Shown piece after piece: positions 9,692-19,221 of a stretch of DNA of 32,000 bases (the stretch's first letter is position 1; every line of letters starts with the position of its first letter). The DNA is from Rhodobacter capsulatus SB 1003. GTDB taxonomy: Bacteria > Pseudomonadota > Alphaproteobacteria > Rhodobacterales > Rhodobacteraceae. The translations under genes and the position numbers were made by a program. The notes beneath the pieces were generated by a model. The model searched no databases. It saw nothing but the letters and a program-made list of their open reading frames with translations, and was not told the origin of the DNA. The DNA lies in NCBI RefSeq assembly GCF_000021865.1, contig NC_014034.1, positions 840,001 to 872,000 of the forward strand, written 5' to 3'.

Positions 9692-10572
9692 GCGCGGCGC
9701 TGGGCATCGTGCTGCGTCCCGAGGGGCAGCGGCTGGCGGTCAGTCTGACCCCGCCCGATCCCTTGCCGGTGGCGGCGCTGCTGCTGGGCAAGCCGCCCGG
9801 GCAGGTGGCAGAGCTGCTGCCGCGGCTCTTCAATCTGTGCGGCGCGGCGCAGGGCCATGCGGCGCGGCTGGCGCTGGGGCTGCCGGCAGAGGCGGCGCCC
9901 GCGCGGCGCGAGATCCTGCGCGATCATCTGGCGAAGCTCTGCCTGATCTGGCCGAAGCTTCTGGGCCTTGCCCCGCAGCCGCTGCCCGAGCATTGGGCCG
10001 AGGGCGGCGCGGCGCTGCAACACTGGCTTTGGGGCGGGGCGAAACCCGCGGATCTGTGGCCCTTCCTGACCTCGGGGCAGGGGGTGGCGCCGCTTCTGGC
10101 CACGCTGGGCCATGCTTTCGCGCCGGGCGAGGCGGTGGCGGTCCTGCCCCCGCTTTCCGATCCCATGGCCCTGACGGCGCAGGAAAATTCCCCCGCCGGG
10201 CGGGTCGCCGATGATCCGCTGATGCGCCAGGCCGAGGCGCGGTTCGGCCGGGGCCCGTTCTGGCGCGCGCTGGGCCGGATCGTCGATCTGCATGCTTTCG
10301 CGCTGGCGCCGCCCGCGGCCGCAACGCCGCGCCCGGGGCTGGCGCTGGTGGCGGCGGCGCGCGGCACCTATGCGCTCTCGGCCCGGGCCGAGGCGGGGAT
10401 GGTCACGGCGCTTTCCCGCGTCACCCCCACCGATCACCTGCTCGCCCCGTGCGGGGCGCTCGCGCTCTCGCTGGCCAGTCTGCCCGCCGCCAAGGCCGGT
10501 CTGGCGGCTTTGGTCATCGACATTCTGGACCCCTGTGTGGCAGTCTCGGTGCAGGAGCTGGCGCATGCATGA
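9688..10572 (+). CDS. hupK: HupK/HoxV-type scaffold protein (degenerate large-subunit-like)
   Basis: The start overlaps the hupJ stop (ATGA). [10 protein letters not shown] (Cys codon at 9838-9840) is a relic of RxCGxCxxxH. DPCVAVSVQ (Cys codon at 10534-10536) is a relic of DPCxxCxxH. Confidence 0.85.
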   Translation: MSAALGIVLRPEGQRLAVSLTPPDPLPVAALLLGKPPGQVAELLPRLFNLCGAAQGHAARLALGLPAEAAPARREILRDHLAKLCLIWPKLLGLAPQPLPEHWAEGGAALQHWLWGGAKPADLWPFLTSGQGVAPLLATLGHAFAPGEAVAVLPPLSDPMALTAQENSPAGRVADDPLMRQAEARFGRGPFWRALGRIVDLHAFALAPPAAATPRPGLALVAAARGTYALSARAEAGMVTALSRVTPTDHLLAPCGALALSLASLPAAKAGLAALVIDILDPCVAVSVQELAHA

Positions 10573-10906
10573 AATGTCGATCGTCGAGGGGATTCGCACG
10601 GCGATCGAGGAGGCCGCCCGCGCCAACGGGTTTGCAAAGGTGACGCGGGTGCGGCTCGAGATCGGGCGGCTGGCCGGGGTGGAGCGTGCGGCGCTGGACT
10701 TCGCCTTCGACGTGGTCCTGCGCGGGTCTTTGGCCGAAGGCGCCGCGGTGCAGATCATCGACCTTCCGGGGCAGGCGGCCTGCTTTGACTGCGGCAAGAC
10801 GGTGGAAATCGAGCATCGGCTGGACATCTGCCCGGAATGTGGCGGCACAAGGCTTCTGGTGCAGGGCGGCGACGAGATGCGGATCAAGGATTTGGAGGTG
10901 CTCTGA
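10565..10906 (+). CDS. hypA: Nickel-insertion metallochaperone HypA
   Basis: It has the canonical [10 protein letters not shown]-terminus and the zinc site CFDCG...CPECG. The protein is 113 aa. It overlaps the hupK stop by 8 nt. Confidence 0.93.
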
Positions 10907-11913
10907 TGTGCACGGTATGCGGCTGTGGCGGTCACAGCGTCGAGGATCAGTTCAAGGCGCATCTGAAAAGCCAGGGCAAGGACGGCGCGCACAAGCCCGC
11001 CCCCTTTGCCGTTCTGGCCGAGCCGCAGGGCCCCCACAGCCATTCCCACAGCCACTGGCACACCCATGCCGACGGCACGAGCCATGCCCATCCGCATGCG
11101 CACAGCCACAGCCACGCGGCCGGTCACGGCGCCGAGGCCGACAGCGATCACCCGCATGCGCATGGCCACGATCACGGCCATTCCCATGGCGCCTGTGCCC
11201 ATGACATCCATCTGGGCCATGGTCCGGCGGGCACCGAAGTGCCCGGCATGAGCCAGGCCCGGCTGATCGAGATCGAAACCGACATCTTGTCGAAAAACAA
11301 CCAATATGCCGCCCGAAACCGCGCGGCTTTGGCGAAAAATTGCACTTTTGCAACCAACCTCGTGTCCTCGCCCGGGTCGGGCAAGACCACGCTGCTGGTG
11401 AAGACGATCGAGATGCTGGGCGCGCAGCCCCTGGCGGTGATCGAGGGCGATCAGCAGACGACGAATGATGCCGACCGCATCCGCGCCACCGGGGCACCGG
11501 CGATTCAGGTCAATACCGGCAAGGGCTGCCATCTCGACGGTGCGATGGTCGAACAGGCGCTGGCACATCTGCCGCTGCCTGCGGGCGCGCTTCTCTTCAT
11601 CGAAAACGTCGGCAATCTGGTCTGCCCGGCCGCCTTCGATCTGGGCGAGGATGCCAAGGTGGCGATCCTGTCGGTCACCGAGGGCGAGGACAAGCCCCTG
11701 AAATACCCCGACATGTTTGCCGCCGCGGGGCTGGCGATCCTCAACAAGGTCGATCTGGCGCCCTATTGCGATGTCGATCTGGACCTTTATGAAGCCAATA
11801 TCCGCCGGGTGAACCCGCAGATCGAGGTTCTGCGCGTCTCGGCCCGCACCGGCGACGGCATGGGCGCCTGGATCGACTGGCTGCGCGCGGGTCTGGCGCG
11901 GAAAGCGCGCTGA
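10906..11913 (+). CDS. hypB: Nickel-binding GTPase HypB with a histidine-rich insert
   Basis: It has the [10 protein letters not shown]-terminal CxxCGC motif, 23 His between residues 44 and 105, the P-loop SSPGSGKTT and the ENVGNLVCP motif. The start overlaps the hypA stop (TGATG). Confidence 0.95.
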
Positions 11914-13391
11914 TGGCTGCCTCGGCCCCCGCGATCCTTCTGGTCGATGACGAGCCGCATTCGCTGGCGGCGATGAAACTTGCGCTCGAAGACGATTTCG
12001 ACGTGCTGACCGCGCAGGGCGCCGAGGCGGCGATCGCCATTCTGGAAGAGGAATGGGTGCAGGTCATCATCTGTGACCAGCGCATGCCGGGCCGGACCGG
12101 GGTCGATTTCCTGACCGAAGTGCGCGAGCGCTGGCCGGAAACCGTGCGCATCATCATCACCGGGTATACTGACAGCGCCTCGATGATGGCGGCGATCAAT
12201 GATGCGGGCATCCATCAGTTCCTGACCAAGCCCTGGCATCCCGAACAGCTTCTGTCCTCGGCGCGCAACGCGGCGCGGATGTTCACTCTGGCGCGCGAAA
12301 ACGAGCGGCTCTCGCTGGAGATGCGGCTTCTCAATTCCACCTCGGAAAGCCGGGTGGAAAAGCGCCGCCGCGCGCTGCGCGAGGGGATGGGGTTTGAAAC
12401 CATCCTGCGCACGCCGAATTCCGCGATGACCGGGGCGATCGCGCTGGCGCGGCAGTTTGCCAGTTTCGACGTGCCGGTGCTGTTGCGCGGCGAACCCGGC
12501 TCTGGCCGGGCGCAGCTGGCGCGGGCGATGCATTACGTCTCGCTGCGCTCGGACAAGCCGTTTTACGAGATCAACCTGGCCGGTCTGCCCGAGGATCTGG
12601 CGATGATCGAGCTGTTCGGGGCGCGGCGCGGCGTGCTGCCGGGGGGCGTGGCGAAGATCGGTCTGGCGCAAAAGGCCGATCGCGGCACGCTTTTCGTGGC
12701 GGGCGTCGAGGCGGCCAGCCCGGCCCTGCAGCTGGCGCTGCTGCGGATGCTGGCCGATGGCGCGATCACGCCCTTGGGCGGGCAGGAAACCGCCTCGACC
12801 AACCTGCGGCTGATCACCGGGGCGGCGGCCGATCTGCGCGCGATGGTGGCCGAGGGGCGGTTTCGCGCCGATCTTTATTATGCGCTTTCGGCGGGGGAAA
12901 TCGCGCTGCCGCCCTTGCGCGCGCGGCGCGGCGATGTCGCGCTTCTGGCGCAATCGATGCTGGCCGAGGCGGCGGTGCGGCATGGCAAGCAGGCCTTGGG
13001 CTTCGACGCCGCCGCGCTCGAATTTCTGGAAAACTACGACTGGCCCGGCAACCTGCGGGAATTGCACAATGAAGTCACGCGGATGCTGATCTTCGCGCAG
13101 GACAATGTGCTCGGCGCCGAGCTGATCTCGCGTCACATCCTGCAGGCGGCGCCCTCCGAAAGCGGCGCCGACCGCTCGGCCGAGGAGGTGATGACGGCGG
13201 ATGGCACGCTGAAGGATCGCATCGAGCTGATCGAGATGCGGATCCTGCGCGAGACGCTGACCCGCAACCGCTGGAACAAGAGCCGGGCGGCGGCGGAACT
13301 GGGGCTGAGCCGGGTCGGCCTGCGCGCGAAGCTGGACCGCTACGGCATCGAGCATCCGGCGGGCCGGGTGCAGGAAGAGGAGGAAGACTGA
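11913..13391 (+). CDS. hupR: NtrC-family response regulator HupR (activator of hupSLC)
   Basis: The receiver domain is ILLVDDEP...ICDQRMPG...KPW. The central AAA+-like domain has degenerate motifs. The C-terminal Fis-type HTH is [22 protein letters not shown]. The start overlaps the hypB stop. Confidence 0.92.
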
Positions 13392-13681
13392 TGTGTCTGG
13401 GGATTCCGGGCCAGATCGTGGCGATCACCGACGCCGGTCGGATGATGGCCTTGGCCGATGTCTCGGGGGTGAAGCGCGCGGTGAACGTGGCCTGTGTCGC
13501 CGAGGGGCCGCTTGAGGATCTTCTGGGCCATTGGGCGCTGATCCATGTCGGCTTTGCGATGAGCCTCATTGACGAAGCCGAGGCGGCGCGGACCTTGGAG
13601 GCTTTGCGCGATCTGGGCGAGGCGCAGGAGACGCTCGCGCAGATGGCCGAGGGTGCCGCGGCGCTGGAGGGGCGGGGATGA
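13391..13681 (+). CDS. hypC: Hydrogenase maturation chaperone HypC
   Basis: It has the [11 protein letters not shown]-terminus and encodes 96 aa. The start overlaps the hupR stop (TGATG). Confidence 0.93.
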   Translation: MCLGIPGQIVAITDAGRMMALADVSGVKRAVNVACVAEGPLEDLLGHWALIHVGFAMSLIDEAEAARTLEALRDLGEAQETLAQMAEGAAALEGRG

Positions 13682-14811
13682 AATTCGCCTCGGAATTCCG
13701 TGACCCCGCGCTGGCGAAGGGGCTTTTGGCGGAGATCGCGCGGCTGGCCGACCAGATCGGCGCGACGGCGGAAAAGCCCGTCCATATCATGGAGATCTGC
13801 GGCGGGCACACGCATTCGATCTTTCGCTACGGGCTCGACAAGCTCATTCATCCGGGCATCGAATTCATCCACGGGCCGGGCTGTCCGGTCTGCGTGCTGC
13901 CGCGCGCGCGGGTCGATGAATGCATCGAGATCGCCGGGCGGCCCGAGGTGATCTTTTGCACCTTTGGCGATGCGATGCGGGTTCCGGGCTCGAAGCTGAG
14001 CCTGATGCAGGCGAAGGCGGCGGGGGCCGATATCCGCATGGTCTATTCGCCCTTGGATGCGCTGGAACTGGCGCGGCGCAACCCCGGGCGCGAGGTGGTG
14101 TTCTTTGGTCTGGGCTTCGAGACGACGACGCCCTCGACTGCCTTGGCGATCCAGCAGGCCGCGCGCGAGGGGCTGGCGAATTTCAGCGTCTTTTGCAACC
14201 ACATCACCGTGCCCGAGCCGATCAGGGCGCTGCTGGATGACCCCTACATGCGGCTCGACGGCTTCATCGGGCCGGGCCATGTCTCGATGGTGATCGGCAT
14301 TCATCCCTATGATTTCATTGCCGAGGATTACGGCAAGCCGCTGGTCGTCGCGGGGTTCGAACCCACGGATCTCTTGCAATCGGTGCTGATGGTGCTGCGC
14401 CAGATATCCCAAGGCCGCGCGGCGATCGAGAACCAATATGCCCGCGTCGTGCCCGAGCATGGCAACCGGGTGTCGCTGGCGGCGATTGCTGACGTCTATG
14501 AGCGGCGGCCCTCGTTCGAATGGCGGGGGCTTGGCGAGATCGACGCCTCGGGGCTGCGCATTCGGGCGGCCTATCGCGCCCATGATGCCGAGGAGAAATT
14601 CGGCGTGGGCTATGCGGGCCAGCGCGCCGCGGTCGAGGAGGCCGAGGGCTGCGCCTGCGGCGCGGTGATGACCGGGCGGATGAAACCCGTCGCCTGTGCG
14701 CAATTCGGCAAGGGCTGCACGCCCGAAATGCCGCTGGGCGCGCTGATGGTGAGTTCGGAGGGGGCCTGTGCGGCCTATTGGCAATATGGCGGGGCGCGGG
14801 CGGCGGAATGA
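13678..14811 (+). CDS. hypD: Hydrogenase maturation Fe-S protein HypD
   Basis: Motifs [19 protein letters not shown] and GLGFETTTP are present, and the C-terminal region is Cys-rich. The start overlaps the hypC stop (ATGA). Confidence 0.95.
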   Translation: MKFASEFRDPALAKGLLAEIARLADQIGATAEKPVHIMEICGGHTHSIFRYGLDKLIHPGIEFIHGPGCPVCVLPRARVDECIEIAGRPEVIFCTFGDAMRVPGSKLSLMQAKAAGADIRMVYSPLDALELARRNPGREVVFFGLGFETTTPSTALAIQQAAREGLANFSVFCNHITVPEPIRALLDDPYMRLDGFIGPGHVSMVIGIHPYDFIAEDYGKPLVVAGFEPTDLLQSVLMVLRQISQGRAAIENQYARVVPEHGNRVSLAAIADVYERRPSFEWRGLGEIDASGLRIRAAYRAHDAEEKFGVGYAGQRAAVEEAEGCACGAVMTGRMKPVACAQFGKGCTPEMPLGALMVSSEGACAAYWQYGGARAAE

Positions 14812-14958
14812 GGGTTTCGGGGGCGTTGCCCCCGACTCAAAGCGGCCGCCCCCCGCACCCCCCGCCCAAGCACGGCATCGCCTCCCCCCGGGCCCCCCAC
14901 CGACCGGGGGAGGTGCGACCTCCCCCGGACCCCCGCGACGTATTTGGAGCAAGATGAG
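14812..14958 (+). repeat. Long copy of the GC-rich intergenic repeat (REP/MITE-like)
   Basis: Hairpin GGGGGC-GTT-GCCCCC lies at 14819-14833. Multiple C5-C6 runs follow. A perfect 11-bp stem, CCGGGGGAGGT-GCG-ACCTCCCCCGG, lies at 14904-14928. The element ends in ACCCCCGCGACGTATTTGGAGCAAGATGAGATG, which matches the 3' end of the 305-356 copy. Confidence 0.65.
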
Positions 14959-15981
14959 ATGGCGTTGAGAGATGAGCGGGTGACGCTGGCACATGGCGGC
15001 GGTGGCAAAGCGATGCGGGATCTGATCGAGGAGGTCTTCACCTCGGTCTTTCAGCCGCCCGGCATGGAGGATCAGGCGCGGCTGACCGAGGCGGCGCTGG
15101 CCGAGCCGGGCGCGCGGCTGGCCTTTACCACCGACAGCTATGTGGTGACGCCGGTCGAATTTCCGGGCGGCGACATCGGCAAGATCGCGGTCTGCGGCAC
15201 GGTGAACGATCTGGCCGTGGGGGGGGCGCGGCCGCTGTGGCTCTCGGCGGCCTTCATCCTTGAGGAGGGGACCGAGGTGGCGCTGTTGCGCCGCATCGTC
15301 GCCACGATGGCGCGCGAGGCGGAAGCGGCCGGGGTGCGGATCGTCACCGGCGATACCAAGGTCGTGGGCCGCGGCGCCTGTGACGGGGTTTTCGTCACCA
15401 CCTCGGGCGTGGGCGTGATCCCGCCGGGGCGGGAGATGGCGGCCGGGCGGGTCCGGCCGGGCGATGTGGCGATTGTCAATGGCGTGCTGGGCGATCATGG
15501 CGCGACGATTCTGGCGGCGCGGGGGGATCTGGCGCTGACATCGGACATCGAGAGCGATTGCGCCGCGCTGGGCCATCTGATGGCCGATGTGATCGCCGCG
15601 GCGCCGGGGATCCGCGCGGCGCGCGATCTGACCCGGGGCGGGCTGGCCTCGGCGCTGAACGAGATCGCGCAGACGGCGGGCTGTGGCCTTGTGATCGAGG
15701 AAACCGCGCTGCCGCTGCGCCCCGAGGTGGTGGGCCTGTGCGAGATCCTGGGGCTGGACCCGCTTTATCTGGCGAACGAGGGGCGGCTGGTGGTCTTCGT
15801 GCCCGAAGCCGAGGCCGCCGCGGCGCTTGCGGCGATGCGGGCGCGGCCCGAGGGCGCGGGGGCTTGCGTCGTCGGGCGGGCGGTGGCAGAGCACGCGGGA
15901 CAAGTGCGGATGCGCACGGCCTTTGGCGGGGCAAGGATCGTCGACATGCTGGTGGGTGAGCAATTGCCGCGGATTTGTTGA
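14959..15981 (+). CDS. hypE: Hydrogenase maturation protein HypE (thiocyanate-forming, AIR-synthase-like)
   Basis: The protein starts MALRDERVTLAHGGGGKAM and ends in the diagnostic PRIC C-terminus. GGAG lies 9 nt upstream of ATG 14959. The TTG at 14944 in the ORF track lies within the repeat. Confidence 0.93.
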   Translation: MALRDERVTLAHGGGGKAMRDLIEEVFTSVFQPPGMEDQARLTEAALAEPGARLAFTTDSYVVTPVEFPGGDIGKIAVCGTVNDLAVGGARPLWLSAAFILEEGTEVALLRRIVATMAREAEAAGVRIVTGDTKVVGRGACDGVFVTTSGVGVIPPGREMAAGRVRPGDVAIVNGVLGDHGATILAARGDLALTSDIESDCAALGHLMADVIAAAPGIRAARDLTRGGLASALNEIAQTAGCGLVIEETALPLRPEVVGLCEILGLDPLYLANEGRLVVFVPEAEAAAALAAMRARPEGAGACVVGRAVAEHAGQVRMRTAFGGARIVDMLVGEQLPRIC

Positions 15982-16030
15982 GCGGCGGGCCGGGGCGGCG
16001 GGCGCCGCGCCGGAGGCAGATCGAAAGACG

Positions 16031-16059
16031 TTGACAGCGGGGGGCCGAAGGCTTCTCAT
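16031..16059 (+). promoter_or_regulatory. Candidate sigma70 promoter TTGACA-N17-TCTCAT upstream of the CheB/CheR-PAS gene
   Basis: A perfect -35 hexamer lies at 16031-16036. The -10-like hexamer at 16054-16059 matches TATAAT at 4/6 positions. It is about 100 nt upstream of ATG 16156. Confidence 0.3.
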
Positions 16060-16155
16060 TCGAGGGAAATTCACTGGTTTCGCAGGGCCTTCGCAGAAAG
16101 CGCAGGCAAGCGGATCCGGCGAAGACGCAAGGGCAGGGCCCGGAAAGGAGCGATC

Positions 16156-19100
16156 ATGATGGACGTTCCTGCGCCAGAGACGGACATGCAAGGCGGGCAG
16201 GGGGCCGCGGCTTCGGCCGCGCCGGAGCCCCGCGCGGTGGTGGCGATCGGCGCCTCGGCCGGGGGGCTTGACGCGCTCGAGCGGCTTTTCGACGGGCTGC
16301 CCGCCGATACCGGCGCGGCCTATGTGGTGATCCAGCACCTGTCGCCCGACCACAAGTCGATCATGGCCTCGCTGCTGGCGCGGCATACGAAAATGCCGGT
16401 CGTCACCGTCGAGGACGAGATGGAACTGGCCGCCGACACGGTGTTTCTGATCCCGCCCGCGACGATCATGACGCTGGAGGGACGGCATCTGCGGCTGGCG
16501 CCCAAGGATCGCCGCGTGCTGTCCTTGCCGATCGACGCGTTTTTCACCTCGATGGCGGCGGGCTTTGGCAGCCGCGCCGTGGCGGTGGTGCTGTCGGGCA
16601 CCGGCTCGGACGGCACCCGCGGCGTTGGCGCGGTGCATGCGGCGGGCGGCGTCGCCATCGCGCAGGATCCGCGCGACGCGCGCTTTGACGGCATGCCGCG
16701 TTCGGCCATCGCGACGGGCTTCATCGATTCCGCGCTGGGCATCGAGCGGATCGGCCCCTGGATCGCTGATTACCTGATCCGGCGGCCGCGGCTGGGCCAG
16801 CTCACCGGGGCCGAGCGTCCCGATGGCGCGACGGGCGTGGCGGTGGATGACGACCGCGTCGCCGTGGGCCAGTTCGACGGGCTGGAACCGGCCGAGGCCC
16901 TGGGCCGGATCGTCGAGATCCTGTCGCTCTCGGGCGAGGTGAATTTCCTTGATTACAAGCCCGGCACGGTGCAGCGCCGGATCGAGCGGCGGATGGGCGT
17001 GCGGCAGGTGCCGGACCTGACCTCCTATCTGGAACTGCTCACGCATGACCGCACCGAGCTGGCCAGCCTGCGCCGGGAAATGCTGATCCCGGTCACCTCG
17101 TTCTTCCGCGATCCGGACTCCTTTGCCGAACTGGCGGAAAAGGTGATCGATCCGCTGGTGGCGCAGGCGGCGGTGGGCTCGACGCTGCGGGTCTGGACGG
17201 CGGGCTGCGCGACGGGCGAGGAAGCCTATACGCTGGCGATGCTGTTCTTTGACGCTTTCGAGCGGGCGGGGCGCTGGCCGACGCTGAAGATCTTTGCCAC
17301 CGATGTCGAGCCGATGAACATCGAGACCGCGGCGGCCGGGTTCTTTGCCGAAACCATCGCCGCCGATCTGCCGACGACCTTTCTGGAACGCTTCTTCACC
17401 ACCCGCGGCGGGCAATACACGATCCGTCCCGAGATCCGGCAGACCATCGTTTTCGCCCGCCACAACCTGTTGTCGGACCCGCCCTTCACCCGGATGGATC
17501 TGGTCACCTGCCGCAACACGCTGATCTATTTCCGCCCCGAGGCGCAGGAACGCGCGCTGCGGCGGATGCATTATGCGCTGCGCACCGGGGGCTATCTGTT
17601 CCTCGGCGGCTCCGAGGCGCTGGTGCAGGTGCAGGACGATTTCTCGGTGCTCTCGGCCCGGCACCGGATCTGGCAGGCGCTGCGCCCGGGGGCCGCGCCG
17701 CTGACCGACCGCCGCGCCGGGCTTTACGTCACGCCGCGCCCGCCGCGCACCCGCGCCGACAATGCCCCCGTCACCGCGGTCGAGCGCGGCTTTGCCACGC
17801 TTTCGCGCACCTACGCGCCGCCGCCCGCGCTTCTGGTCAACAGCCACCACGAGATCCTGCATTCCTACGGCGAGGTCAGCCGCTTCATGCAGATGCGCGA
17901 AGGCGCCGCCTCGCTGGAAATCGGCCGGATGCTGGTCGAGCCGCTTCTGCCCGTCGCCTCGGCGCTTTTGTTCAAATCGGCGCGGCTGGGCGAGGAAGCC
18001 GCCTCGGATTCGATCCCGATCGCCGAGGGCATCCTGGGCCCCGATCCCATGCGGCTGCGGCTGCGCGTCGTGCCGGTCAAGCAGGGCACCGACAGCGACG
18101 AGGGGCGGCTTTACATCCTCGCCTTCGAGCCCGACGAGGGCCCCGATGACGGCATTTCCGGCATCGACATCGACCGCGAGGTCGGCGCCCGCATCGAGAT
18201 GCTGGAAGCCGAGCTGGCGATGACGCGCGAAAGCCTGCAGGCGATGATCGAGGAGCTGGAAACCTCGAACGAGGAATTGCAGGCGACGAACGAGGAGATG
18301 ATGGCCTCGAACGAGGAGCTGCAATCGGCCAACGAGGAATTGCAGTCGGTCAACGAGGAACTGAACTCGCTCAATGCGGAATATCAGGAAAAGATCGACC
18401 TGCTGAACCGCTCGAACGCCGATCTGGACAGCCTGACCGAGATCATGGCGATGAGCACGATCTTTGTCGACAGCGAGCTGACGGTGACGCGGTTCAGCCC
18501 CGACGCGGCAGAGCTGTTCCGCATCCGCGATGTCGATGTCGGCCGCCCGCTGGGCGATCTGACGCATCGGCTGGATTATCCGGCGCTGCTGGATGATCTG
18601 CGCCGCACGCTGCAGGGCCAGTCCCGCACCGAGCGCGAGGTCTCGGGGCTGAACGGGCGACATTATCTGGTGCGGATGCTGCCCTATCGGGTGCCGTCCT
18701 CGGCGGCGCAGGGCGCGGTGGTGACCTTTGTCGACATCACCCAGACCCGCAACCTGCAGCTGTTGCAGGCGGTGATCGACGGGCTGGCCGAACATGTGGC
18801 GGTGCTGGACGGGCATGGCGACATTCTGCTGGTGAACGCCGCCTGGACCCGGTTTGCGGCGGATAACGGCGATCCGGGGCTGGCCCATACCGGGGTCGGC
18901 ACGAATTATGTCGGCCGCTGCGACATCGGCGAGGCGGCGATCGATTCCGGCTATGCGAAACGCGCGGTCGAGGGGATCCGCAGCGTCCTGACCGGCAAGC
19001 AGCGGCATTTCACCATGGAATATCCCTGCGATGCGCCGGGGCAGCCGCGCTGGTTCGTGATGCATGCGCGCCCGCTCGATGGCGCCCGCGGCGGCGCCGT

Positions 19101-19221
19101 GGTCAGCCATATCGAGATCACCCGCTGGCACAACCAGACCGAAGCCAGCCCCGAGACCAGTTCCGGGGGCCTGCCCGGATCTGACGGGACCGGAGCCGAC
19201 GGGGGGGCGCCGCGCGCATGA
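16156..19221 (+). CDS. CheB-methylesterase / CheR-methyltransferase / coiled-coil / PAS fusion sensor protein (no receiver, no kinase domain)
   Basis: AAGGAG at 16145-16150 precedes the start. The CheB-like region carries [17 protein letters not shown] and SGTGSDG. The CheR-like SAM site is [21 protein letters not shown] heptad NEEL coiled coil is followed by two PAS-like regions. Confidence 0.88.
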   Translation: MMDVPAPETDMQGGQGAAASAAPEPRAVVAIGASAGGLDALERLFDGLPADTGAAYVVIQHLSPDHKSIMASLLARHTKMPVVTVEDEMELAADTVFLIPPATIMTLEGRHLRLAPKDRRVLSLPIDAFFTSMAAGFGSRAVAVVLSGTGSDGTRGVGAVHAAGGVAIAQDPRDARFDGMPRSAIATGFIDSALGIERIGPWIADYLIRRPRLGQLTGAERPDGATGVAVDDDRVAVGQFDGLEPAEALGRIVEILSLSGEVNFLDYKPGTVQRRIERRMGVRQVPDLTSYLELLTHDRTELASLRREMLIPVTSFFRDPDSFAELAEKVIDPLVAQAAVGSTLRVWTAGCATGEEAYTLAMLFFDAFERAGRWPTLKIFATDVEPMNIETAAAGFFAETIAADLPTTFLERFFTTRGGQYTIRPEIRQTIVFARHNLLSDPPFTRMDLVTCRNTLIYFRPEAQERALRRMHYALRTGGYLFLGGSEALVQVQDDFSVLSARHRIWQALRPGAAPLTDRRAGLYVTPRPPRTRADNAPVTAVERGFATLSRTYAPPPALLVNSHHEILHSYGEVSRFMQMREGAASLEIGRMLVEPLLPVASALLFKSARLGEEAASDSIPIAEGILGPDPMRLRLRVVPVKQGTDSDEGRLYILAFEPDEGPDDGISGIDIDREVGARIEMLEAELAMTRESLQAMIEELETSNEELQATNEEMMASNEELQSANEELQSVNEELNSLNAEYQEKIDLLNRSNADLDSLTEIMAMSTIFVDSELTVTRFSPDAAELFRIRDVDVGRPLGDLTHRLDYPALLDDLRRTLQGQSRTEREVSGLNGRHYLVRMLPYRVPSSAAQGAVVTFVDITQTRNLQLLQAVIDGLAEHVAVLDGHGDILLVNAAWTRFAADNGDPGLAHTGVGTNYVGRCDIGEAAIDSGYAKRAVEGIRSVLTGKQRHFTMEYPCDAPGQPRWFVMHARPLDGARGGAVVSHIEITRWHNQTEASPETSSGGLPGSDGTGADGGAPRA

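Noticed and set aside
11006-11251. Alternative-frame ORFs and apparent microsatellite across the HypB His-rich region
   Set aside because: The repetitiveness is explained by the in-frame His-x repeats of HypB. The alternative frames give Pro/Thr/Ala-rich sequence with no start context.
15990-16013. GC-rich stem-loop after hypE considered as its terminator
   Set aside because: The stem has an internal G-G mismatch and no T-run follows. It is left uncalled, and termination of the hyp operon remains unassigned.
13075-19131. 2018-aa ORF on the - strand spanning hupR, hypCDE and the CheB/CheR gene
   Set aside because: It is antisense to six well-supported genes. The translation is Arg/Gly/Pro/Ala-rich low-complexity sequence with no recognisable motifs. 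Long stop-free antisense frames are expected in DNA this GC-rich.
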